64,000 bases of DNA from an uncultured Spirochaetales bacterium (lineage in GTDB: Bacteria > UBP6 > UBA1177), in the NCBI GenBank assembly GCA_902774115.1, contig CACYHH010000003.1, positions 63,580 through 127,579 of the forward strand, written 5' to 3'. The position numbers were made by a program, and so were the translations under genes. Positions 29,215 through 37,481 of this stretch are shown piece after piece. Numbering within the stretch: the stretch's first letter is position 1; the number at the start of each line of letters is the position of its first letter. The notes under the pieces were generated by a model, which worked only from the letters and a program-made list of their open reading frames with translations, searched no databases and was not told where the DNA came from.

Positions 29215-30063
29215 ATGAAAAAATCGATTATTGTTATAGCAATGCTTGCAGTTGCAACAACACTTTTTGCAGAAAATGAAAGCATGTCATGCGAATCGGA
29301 TCTTGGAAAATGCACTTACACAGTTTCCAATGAATATTTTACAAGAGAATGTTATTGCCGTGACGGCAGAGAAAAAATTTCTGCTTCGGAAGAAATCGGA
29401 AATATGCCGAAAAAAGAGGAATGTGAACTTGAACTTGCCGATATTTGCAGCGAATCAGGATTTATCTGTGAAAACAATGCTGGAGAATGTCATTTGGAAG
29501 CAAGCGGAGAGTATTACTGCTATTGCATTGGCAGAAAAACTCAAAGAGGAAGAGAGGAAAATGTCAGTGCGGAAGGGTGCACCGCAGTTTTGGAGAAAGA
29601 ATGCGGAACAAAGATTGCAACTCCGAGATTCGTTTGTGCCGATTCTGAAATTCTCAATGAATGTGTTTCTTATGAAAGAACTCTTGCAAATTCATGTCTG
29701 GAAGCAATTACTGATGAAGAACTTGAAGCTGCTCTTGACACTCCTATAATCGGGGCTGTAGGGATAGAAGGAGAAATGGCGAGCATTATTGCTCAATGTT
29801 GTGAGAACTCAATCTTGAGAGAAAAACATCAGACTTTTTCAGAGTGTATTGAAACTGCTGAAAGTTGTGCAAACAAAGAATGCTGTGAACCGTGCGGTCT
29901 TATTCTTGACGAAAGTGAATGGATGGATGGTGCTCCGGAAGAAGGTGCTACCGATGTAACTAATACCGAAGCTCCGACAACCGGTGCAACACCGGAAGAC
30001 ACTGCTGACGGCGGAAAAAAGGATGAAAGCAAATCCGACGGCTGTTCGATGCTGTTCATCTAA
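29215..30063 (+). CDS. secreted cysteine-rich protein (about 28 Cys), hypothetical
   Basis: Signal peptide MKKSIIVIAMLAVATTLFA. Repeated C-x-C / YCYC / CCE patterns. Acidic T/P-rich tail. Confidence 0.4.
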   Translation: MKKSIIVIAMLAVATTLFAENESMSCESDLGKCTYTVSNEYFTRECYCRDGREKISASEEIGNMPKKEECELELADICSESGFICENNAGECHLEASGEYYCYCIGRKTQRGREENVSAEGCTAVLEKECGTKIATPRFVCADSEILNECVSYERTLANSCLEAITDEELEAALDTPIIGAVGIEGEMASIIAQCCENSILREKHQTFSECIETAESCANKECCEPCGLILDESEWMDGAPEEGATDVTNTEAPTTGATPEDTADGGKKDESKSDGCSMLFI

Positions 30064-30120
30064 TTTCAAACTTTCTGCTTGATTTTCACAAAAATCTGTC
30101 GAAATTTTCTAAAATTTGAG

Positions 30121-30126
30121 TATAAT
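30121..30126 (+). promoter_or_regulatory. perfect TATAAT -10 box upstream of the toxin-antitoxin pair
   Basis: TATAAT lies 38 nt upstream of the GTG start of the DUF4258 gene. No convincing -35 element. Confidence 0.3.
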
Positions 30127-30163
30127 TACCGCGTTTTTGTTTTTTTTAACGAAGAGCTGAATT

Positions 30164-30478
30164 GTGATCAAGATTGAAAAATTAAGATTTTATTACGAAA
30201 ACGATAAGGTTTTTGTTACGGAACATGCCGCGGAGCGTTTCCGTCAGCGCGGTATAAAGACGAAAGATATTCGTGCTGTAATAAGCAATGGCGAAATTAT
30301 TGAGCAATATCCGGATGATTTTCCTTTTCCGAGTTGTCTGATAACCGGATATGATGAAAAGGGTAGTTGTATTCATGTCTGTATGAGCGACGAAGGAAGC
30401 TGTGCCAGAATTGTTACTGCATATTACCCTGATAAAGAACTTTGGAGCGAAGATTTTAGGCAAAGATTGGAGAAATAG
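30164..30478 (+). CDS. DUF4258-family type II toxin
   Basis: TEHAAERFRQRGI...IIEQYPDDFPFPSCLITGY... matches the DUF4258 pattern. GTG start. Confidence 0.7.
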   Translation: MIKIEKLRFYYENDKVFVTEHAAERFRQRGIKTKDIRAVISNGEIIEQYPDDFPFPSCLITGYDEKGSCIHVCMSDEGSCARIVTAYYPDKELWSEDFRQRLEK

Positions 30479-30479
30479 G

Positions 30480-30710
30480 ATGAAATGTTTGGTATGCAAA
30501 GCGGAAGAAATGAGTGAGAGCACCAGCACTTATTTTACTCAGGTCGATAACTGCTATGTTATTATTGAAAATGTTCCATGTTTTAAGTGCAGGCAGTGCG
30601 GAGCGGTCGTTTACCCGATGTCCGTTCAGGAAACGATAGATGACATTTTGGAAAAAGTCAGAAACATTGCAAGCAAAATCTTTATCATGGATTATTCCAA
30701 AGTAGCATAA
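30480..30710 (+). CDS. MqsA/YgiT-type zinc-finger antitoxin
   Basis: MKCLVCKAEEM...IENVPCFKCRQCG forms a CxxC...CxxC zinc ribbon, the YgiT-type pattern. Starts 1 nt after the toxin stop. Confidence 0.7.
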   Translation: MKCLVCKAEEMSESTSTYFTQVDNCYVIIENVPCFKCRQCGAVVYPMSVQETIDDILEKVRNIASKIFIMDYSKVA

Positions 30711-30762
30711 TTTTCTTGTGAAAATTCGTAAATAAAATCAAATTGTTATCTTTGAGGGGCTC

Positions 30763-31857
30763 TTGGCTGCAATGTTTGATAATGCAAAAGAATATCGCGA
30801 TTTTCTGAAATCGGTCCAGTTTGATTTTTCAGCTTTCGAAAATGTCCGCGAAAAGCCGTGCAAAATCGTAATAAGCGTAGGAAAATCGGCTGGTTATATG
30901 TATGAAAAGTTTGTTGTAAGCTATCCGGAAACGGCTGCTTTGCCAGCATTTGCCGTGCTTCCTGAAGGGATAAAATGTAATGTTCCCGAAAATGTTGAAA
31001 CTTTCTTTTCAAGCCATCCTCACCTTACTGAAAAGAGTTTCGAAGCGGCTGAAAATCTCATAAATTTCATAAAAAAGCATGAGCCGGAAAATATTATTGT
31101 TCTTTTGAGCGGCGGAAGTTCGGCTCTTATCGAAAAAAGTGATAACGAAAAAGAGTCAGTGGAGCTCAACGAAAAACTGCTCAAAAGCGGCCTTCCGATA
31201 ACTGAGATCAATAAAAAAAGAAGTGAATATTCGCTCATTAAGAACGGAAAACTCGCGGAAATGTTCGGAAAAACTAATTTTTATGTTTTTGTCGCAAGCG
31301 ATATTCCGTTTGACGGTGGCGAAAAGTTTGTCGGTAGTATGCCTTTTTTTAGAGAAGACCTTGAAAATACTCATCTTTTCAAGTGCGCTGACTCCGATTT
31401 GCTGCATGACGCGCTGTTAAAAAAACTAACCGAAAATACTGAATCTTTCAGGTGTTTCACCGGAAGCGTGGATGAATTGAAAAATCTTCTTTTGAGCAGG
31501 ATCGAAGCTGGTGCGGAGGCTGTTCTGGTTACAGGCGAGCCTCTTTTGAAAATCGACTCAAAAAATGCCGGAACCGGCGGCAGAATGAGCCATTTCGCAC
31601 TGACGATGCTTCCGTTTCTGCAAAAAGGAATGAAACTTTGCGCTCTTTCAAGCGACGGGATCGACGGAAACTCACCGTTTGCGGGAGCGGTAGTCGAAGG
31701 CGGTTTGAAAACCATATCCGAAAACGAAATTTCATCTGCACTTGAAAGCTATAACTCAGCCGAACTGCTTGATAAATACGGTTTTATGATAAAAAGCGGC
31801 TACACGGGACTCAATCTCAACGATTTCGTGATTTTTTTGAGAAAAAGCAGTTCTTAA
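30763..31857 (+). CDS. glycerate 2-kinase-like protein (DUF4147 + MOFRL family)
   Basis: IIVLLSGGSSALIE, ITEINKKRSEYSLIKNGKLAE, SSDGIDGNSPFAGAVV (MOFRL DGxDG). Confidence 0.4.
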   Translation: MAAMFDNAKEYRDFLKSVQFDFSAFENVREKPCKIVISVGKSAGYMYEKFVVSYPETAALPAFAVLPEGIKCNVPENVETFFSSHPHLTEKSFEAAENLINFIKKHEPENIIVLLSGGSSALIEKSDNEKESVELNEKLLKSGLPITEINKKRSEYSLIKNGKLAEMFGKTNFYVFVASDIPFDGGEKFVGSMPFFREDLENTHLFKCADSDLLHDALLKKLTENTESFRCFTGSVDELKNLLLSRIEAGAEAVLVTGEPLLKIDSKNAGTGGRMSHFALTMLPFLQKGMKLCALSSDGIDGNSPFAGAVVEGGLKTISENEISSALESYNSAELLDKYGFMIKSGYTGLNLNDFVIFLRKSSS

Positions 31858-31862
31858 AAGCG

Positions 31863-32558
31863 TTATTTTTCACTTGAAATTTTCTTGAGATACTTTATTT
31901 CGCTTATCGATAATGCGAGCGGTATGTAGTTTTCAGAAAATTTTGATTTTAAGAGCGAATATAAAAACGGTACGATAAAAATGCAGGGAATTGAAGCGAA
32001 AAGAAACATCATAAGGAGATTCTGCGTTTTGTTTTTCATGTTTTCGTCGCCGTAAGTGAACATCGAACAGTTGTAAAGAAGCGATGAAACCAGAGAAAAT
32101 CCCGAAAAATAGGGGACAAGAAACCATTCTGTGAAGGAAAGCAGCAGAAATGACGAAGCGTAAAGCTGAAACACCATTTTGGCGTCGTTTGCTCCGGCGA
32201 TAAATCCGATCATTGTTATTGTTGCCGACATCAGATAGATGGAAACTGTTTCGCCGAAAAAACAGGCGCACTGCTGTCTGCGCGGAATTTCCTGCCACTG
32301 TTCGTTTCCGAGAAGAATAATTCCTTCCTCTTTTGATATTTCATCGAGACTTATGCTCCCCATGTTTGCAATGTTTGTCATGGTGAAATCCGAAGAAATG
32401 AACTTGCTCTCGATGATATCGATCACTTCTTCTATGAAATCTGATGAGGAAGATTCTTTTCTCTTTTCAGGTTTCGGACTGAGCGGAATTTTCCTTCCGC
32501 AGCCGCGGCAGTAGTAAAAGTTGTTGTTTTCACTTTTGCAGTGAGGGCACGTTGTCAT
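31863..32558 (-). CDS. zinc-ribbon membrane protein, hypothetical
   Basis: N-terminal CPHC...CRGCG zinc ribbon and C-terminal TM helices. Its start overlaps the stop of the upstream gene (ATGA). Confidence 0.35.
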   Translation of the reverse strand: MTTCPHCKSENNNFYYCRGCGRKIPLSPKPEKRKESSSSDFIEEVIDIIESKFISSDFTMTNIANMGSISLDEISKEEGIILLGNEQWQEIPRRQQCACFFGETVSIYLMSATITMIGFIAGANDAKMVFQLYASSFLLLSFTEWFLVPYFSGFSLVSSLLYNCSMFTYGDENMKNKTQNLLMMFLFASIPCIFIVPFLYSLLKSKFSENYIPLALSISEIKYLKKISSEK

Positions 32559-33493
32559 TTTCCTTCCTTTTCGTTGCCGGAGATGTTGACGGACTCGTGT
32601 TTGAGAGCCTTTGTAATGATTTTTGCCGCTTCAGCCTGATTCATTGCCGTTTTTTCAGGGAGAAACCACAAATCAATAAGGATTTTGTCGTTTTTAACCC
32701 CTTTTATGTACCTTCCGTCAAATGAGAGCAGGGGATCTTTTTCGATTTTGCTTTCGACGTTTTTGATCGCATCGTGGATGAAAAGAGCCTCTTTGATATT
32801 TTTAGCAATGATATTTTCGTAAAGTTCGCCGGTGTATGCGATTTCATAGGCAATATTCGGTATCCTGATGAAATAAAGCGTCTTGCTGCCTTCGAATTTT
32901 GCACGGTAAAACTTTTCCGCCTGATTGAAAACCGACTTGAAATCCTTGACGTTTTCAAGCGAATTCAAAACCATGTTGGTGAGTTTGTTCATGTTTATGA
33001 AGAACGTAAGCGAAATCGAAAGATCGAACTTATCGGCGCCTAAAACGAGATTATCGACAACTTTTCTTTTGAACGGAAGCCCCATCATCCTCATTTCGGT
33101 GTAATCCAGACTCATGAACTGCGAATTCGCGGAAGCTGAAATTTTGCCGGAATGAAGAATTTCCATTAAATCTTCGCCAAGCCTTTCTTCGCCTTTTTCA
33201 TCAGCGTAAGCAAAGTTGGGTACAACCTGCAAAAACATGAAATCATTAAGGGTTTCTATCACAACGTGACTGCTTTTGAGAGCTTTTCCGATAATTTCGT
33301 CAATCTTTTTTTCCTGAACGTTCCCCTTCGAGTTTTTGATAAGTTCATCGTAATTCGCGGGGAGTTCCACCACCGGAGCGACAGGAAGCTGCCTCATTTC
33401 AAGATTCTCAGGAAGCGGTTCCTGAGCAGAAAGAAGCATTCCGAAAAAAAGCAAAAATAAGAAAAAAACTATTTTTTTCACATTTACCTCCAC
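32555..33493 (-). CDS. secreted hypothetical protein
   Basis: Signal peptide MEVNVKKIVFFLFLLFFGMLLSAQE. No recognised domain. Confidence 0.3.
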   Translation of the reverse strand: MEVNVKKIVFFLFLLFFGMLLSAQEPLPENLEMRQLPVAPVVELPANYDELIKNSKGNVQEKKIDEIIGKALKSSHVVIETLNDFMFLQVVPNFAYADEKGEERLGEDLMEILHSGKISASANSQFMSLDYTEMRMMGLPFKRKVVDNLVLGADKFDLSISLTFFINMNKLTNMVLNSLENVKDFKSVFNQAEKFYRAKFEGSKTLYFIRIPNIAYEIAYTGELYENIIAKNIKEALFIHDAIKNVESKIEKDPLLSFDGRYIKGVKNDKILIDLWFLPEKTAMNQAEAAKIITKALKHESVNISGNEKEGK

Positions 33494-33605
33494 AAAAAGC
33501 GGAAGATTTTATTTTTCCTGACGGAAGTGTCAACAACAAAATTTAACTCTTGCCAATAATGAAATAAAAAGTATGCTTCGCCAGCTTAGAGTTTTGGAGA
33601 GAAAA

Positions 33606-34544
33606 ATGAAGATAGTTTTTATGGGAAGTCCCGAAATTTCGGTTCCGTTTCTTGATTTCTGCGCTGGGAGAGCGGATGAAATCATTGTTTTTTCGCAGAA
33701 GGACAAGATTCGCGGCCGCGGCAAGAAACTTGAACCGACGCCCGTGAAAAAGAGGGCTGTTGAGCTCGGTCTTGAGGTCCACACGCTCTGGTCGAAGTCG
33801 GAAAAGGCATTTGAAATAATGAAAAACTTCGCTCCCGATCTGCTTTTTGTCGTGGCTTACGGTCAGATCCTGCCGAAGCGCATTCTCGATATTCCGAAAC
33901 TTTATCCGCTTAATGTCCACTTTTCGCTTTTGCCGAAATACCGCGGTTCGACGCCTGTTAATACAGCTTTGCTGAACGGCGATGCTGTGAGCGGAACTTC
34001 AGTCATGGTTATGGATGAAGAGCTCGACAGCGGAGATGTGATCCTTTCTGCTGAGTGTGCGGTTGAAGAGAGTGACAACGCGACAACGCTGTTTGAAAAA
34101 CTGACAAAACTTTCACTTGATCTTCTCGAAAAAAACTGGGAAAAGATCGAAAAGGGAACGGTAAACCGTGTTCCGCAGAAAGGTGAGCCTGTTTTCACGA
34201 ATATGATCCAAAAGTCCGATATGTGGCTTGATTTTGAAAGTGATGCAAGGATGTTGTTCAATAAAATCAGAGCGTTGACCTGTGAACCCGGAGTGCGTGC
34301 GATTTTCCGTGGAAACATCGTCGGCATCGAAAAAGCGGAATTTGTTCCGCAGAGCAGCGGAAATCCGGGCGCGATAACCGAAGTTTCGAAAAGCGGAATT
34401 ATTGTCGCGTGCAGGAACGGCGGGATCAAAATCACCGAACTTAAGCCTGCCGGTAAAAAGCCGATGAAGGCGGCAGAATTTATCAACGGTTACAGACCGC
34501 AGCCGGGAGAGATTTTCTGTTCAAAACCGGAAGAAATTCAATGA
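33606..34544 (+). CDS. fmt: methionyl-tRNA formyltransferase
   Basis: MKIVFMGSPE...VVAYGQILP...HFSLLPKYRGSTP formyltransferase core. Confidence 0.85.
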   Translation: MKIVFMGSPEISVPFLDFCAGRADEIIVFSQKDKIRGRGKKLEPTPVKKRAVELGLEVHTLWSKSEKAFEIMKNFAPDLLFVVAYGQILPKRILDIPKLYPLNVHFSLLPKYRGSTPVNTALLNGDAVSGTSVMVMDEELDSGDVILSAECAVEESDNATTLFEKLTKLSLDLLEKNWEKIEKGTVNRVPQKGEPVFTNMIQKSDMWLDFESDARMLFNKIRALTCEPGVRAIFRGNIVGIEKAEFVPQSSGNPGAITEVSKSGIIVACRNGGIKITELKPAGKKPMKAAEFINGYRPQPGEIFCSKPEEIQ

Positions 34545-35200
34545 GAAATATGGTCGAAAAAATAAATAAAATCCCTCTTTGGGCGGCTTTTCTGATTTAT
34601 GAACTGCTGATTCTCGTCAGGATTGCCGTCGAGATGCAGGAGTCGATGATTTGGATATTCGTGATGCAGCTTTTCTGGTTCAACTGTGTTCTGATGTTTT
34701 TCGTGATAGGTTTCAAATACATTCTGAAGTTGAAAAACAGCGACCTTCCGGTTCTGTTTTTAGGCGGTTTTCTGACTTATCTTCCTATTATTTATTCAGT
34801 TATGATGAATCATGAATGGCATCTCAACTTCATAAATCCGACTTCTTTCAAACAGGTCGTGCTTGACATGCTTACGCTTCTGGCAGTGCATGAATATGAC
34901 TGGCCGATGTTTCCTGAACTCGTGCTTCTGGTTTTAGGTTCTTTTACCTTGGGTTTTCTGCTTTCCGGAAAAGTGCTGAAATCGTTTTTTACGGCGCTTT
35001 TTTCGACATATACTTCATTTTTCTGTCTCGGATTTTCGTGGGTTGCTGTAAACCCCAAGCATCCTTCGTTTTCGCACTTCAATTCGCCGTTGCCTGACGA
35101 TGTCACTTACAGTCTTTTTTATGTTTTGTTTTTCCTGATTCTCACTCTTGTTGCCTTTTTTAGGGAAATCCGTGCTTTCTTAACAAATATATTTGCCTAA
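34541..35200 (+). CDS. polytopic membrane protein, hypothetical
   Basis: About 6 predicted TM helices. ATGA overlap with the fmt stop. Confidence 0.3.
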   Translation: MRNMVEKINKIPLWAAFLIYELLILVRIAVEMQESMIWIFVMQLFWFNCVLMFFVIGFKYILKLKNSDLPVLFLGGFLTYLPIIYSVMMNHEWHLNFINPTSFKQVVLDMLTLLAVHEYDWPMFPELVLLVLGSFTLGFLLSGKVLKSFFTALFSTYTSFFCLGFSWVAVNPKHPSFSHFNSPLPDDVTYSLFYVLFFLILTLVAFFREIRAFLTNIFA

Positions 35201-35271
35201 TTTAAAAAAAAGTCGTTAAATACGCCGCATTTTTTTTGAACGGTCTTTTTTTGTTATTTTAGGAGGCTTTT

Positions 35272-37464
35272 ATGTCAAATCTTGTTTTCCTGGTTTTGGG
35301 CGCTTCCGTTCTCGCTCTCGCATTCGCTTTCTTCTTCTTCAAACAGATGATGAAGGAAGACGAAGGAACGGACACGATGAAAAAGATCGCGGCTTATGTA
35401 AGACGCGGTGCTATGGCTTACCTCAAACAGCAGTACAAAGTCGTAACGATCGTTTTCTGCGTTTTGACGGTAATTTTTGCCGTTATGGCGATTTTCAAAC
35501 TTCAGAACGGTATCGTATGGTTCGCATTCCTGACCGGCGGTTTCTTCAGCGGTCTTGCCGGATTCTTCGGAATGAAAACTGCGACTTACGCTTCTGCCCG
35601 CACAGCTAACGCAGCGAGAAAAAGCCTCAACAGCGGTCTTCAGGTCGCTTTCCGTTCGGGAGCGGTCATGGGTCTTGTTGTTGTCGGTCTTGCTCTGCTT
35701 GACGTTTCGCTCTGGTTCATAGTTCTCAACAATACCGGACTTCTTGAGCTTGTCGGCGCGAAGGCTGATCTTATAACGATCACGACCACGATGCTTACTT
35801 TCGGAATGGGTGCTTCGACTCAGGCTCTTTTCGCAAGAGTCGGCGGCGGTATCTACACGAAGGCTGCCGATGTCGGTGCTGACCTCGTCGGAAAGACGGA
35901 ATACAACATTCCCGAAGACGACCCGCGCAACCCCGCTACGATCGCTGACAACGTAGGCGACAACGTAGGCGACGTTGCAGGTATGGGCGCAGACCTTTAC
36001 GAATCTTATGCAGGTTCGATCCTTGCTACAATGGCTCTCGGTGCAGCTGCATTCAAGGGCGATATGCAGCTTAAAGCTGTTCTTGCTCCGATGATGATCG
36101 CGGCAATCGGCGTTCTTCTTTCGATTATCGGTATTTTCCTCGTCAAAACGAAAGAAAATGCGAACATGAAGAACCTTCTTTCCGCACTTAGCCGCGGAAC
36201 GAACACTGCAGCGGTCCTTATCGCCGTTGCGACATTCTGCATTTTTGCAGGACTTTTCGGAACTGCAGACAACCGCTGGTGGCAGACTTCTCTTTCTGTC
36301 GTAGTCGGACTTATTGCCGGTGTAGTTATCGGAAAATTCACGGAATACTATACTTCACAGTCTTACAGACCGACTCAGAAGGTCGCTGAAAGTTCGACAA
36401 CAGGACCTGCGACAGTCATCATTTCCGGTCTCGGTCTCGGCATGCTTTCAACCGCGATCCCGGTTGTTACTGTCGGTGTTGCAATCATTCTTTCATACCT
36501 CTGTGCAAACGGTTTTGAACTTGCATTCAACGCTGCAAACCTTTCACAAGGTCTCTACGGAATCGGTATCGCTGCAGTCGGTATGCTTTCGACTCTCGGT
36601 ATCACGCTTGCAACCGATGCTTACGGTCCTATTGCTGACAACGCAGGCGGAAACGCTGAAATGAGCGGCCTTGAACCTGAGGTCCGTCAGCGCACAGACG
36701 CTCTCGACGCACTCGGCAACACGACGGCTGCAACGGGTAAAGGTTTCGCGATCGGCTCGGCTGCTCTTACCGCTCTCGCTCTTCTTGCTTCCTACGTTGA
36801 AGAGATCAAGATCGCTCTTGTTCGCACCGGCGAAGCTCTTCCGAACGGCATTGCTGCAGCAGAAGCTACACTTATCGACTTTATGAACGCATACAACGTA
36901 AACCTTATGAACCCGATCGTTTTAGTCGGTGTTTTCGTAGGCGCTATGATGGCGTTTGTTTTCTGCGGTCTTACGATGAACGCTGTCGGCAGAGCAGCTC
37001 AGAAGATGGTTGAGGAAGTCCGCCGTCAGTTCAGCACAATCACGGGAATCCTTGAAGGAAAGGCTGAACCCGACTACGAGCGCTGCGTTGCAATTTCAAC
37101 GAAAGGTGCTCAGCACGAGATGCTTCTTCCTTCGATTCTTGCAATTGTCGTTCCGGTCGTAACCGGTCTTCTTCTCGGTGTCGGCGGCGTGCTCGGTCTT
37201 CTCATCGGCGGACTTTCAGCAGGTTTCGTCCTTGCAGTATTCATGGCTAATGCCGGCGGTGCTTGGGATAACGCGAAAAAGTATGTCGAAGAAGGAAACC
37301 TCGGCGGCAAAGGTTCCGACTGCCACAAAGCTACGGTTGTCGGTGACACGGTCGGCGATCCTTTCAAAGATACATCGGGTCCGTCACTCAACATCCTTAT
37401 CAAACTTATGAGCATGGTTTCGATCGTTATGGCCGGTCTTACCGTTGCTTTCCATCTGATGTAA
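35272..37464 (+). CDS. hppA: membrane-bound pyrophosphate-energised H+/Na+ pump (K+-dependent type)
   Basis: DNVGDNVGDVAGMGADL and GNTTAATGKGFAIGSAAL. Ala at the K+-dependence position. AGGAGG RBS. Confidence 0.85.
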   Translation: MSNLVFLVLGASVLALAFAFFFFKQMMKEDEGTDTMKKIAAYVRRGAMAYLKQQYKVVTIVFCVLTVIFAVMAIFKLQNGIVWFAFLTGGFFSGLAGFFGMKTATYASARTANAARKSLNSGLQVAFRSGAVMGLVVVGLALLDVSLWFIVLNNTGLLELVGAKADLITITTTMLTFGMGASTQALFARVGGGIYTKAADVGADLVGKTEYNIPEDDPRNPATIADNVGDNVGDVAGMGADLYESYAGSILATMALGAAAFKGDMQLKAVLAPMMIAAIGVLLSIIGIFLVKTKENANMKNLLSALSRGTNTAAVLIAVATFCIFAGLFGTADNRWWQTSLSVVVGLIAGVVIGKFTEYYTSQSYRPTQKVAESSTTGPATVIISGLGLGMLSTAIPVVTVGVAIILSYLCANGFELAFNAANLSQGLYGIGIAAVGMLSTLGITLATDAYGPIADNAGGNAEMSGLEPEVRQRTDALDALGNTTAATGKGFAIGSAALTALALLASYVEEIKIALVRTGEALPNGIAAAEATLIDFMNAYNVNLMNPIVLVGVFVGAMMAFVFCGLTMNAVGRAAQKMVEEVRRQFSTITGILEGKAEPDYERCVAISTKGAQHEMLLPSILAIVVPVVTGLLLGVGGVLGLLIGGLSAGFVLAVFMANAGGAWDNAKKYVEEGNLGGKGSDCHKATVVGDTVGDPFKDTSGPSLNILIKLMSMVSIVMAGLTVAFHLM

Positions 37465-37481
37465 TTTAGATCTTTTTTAAA

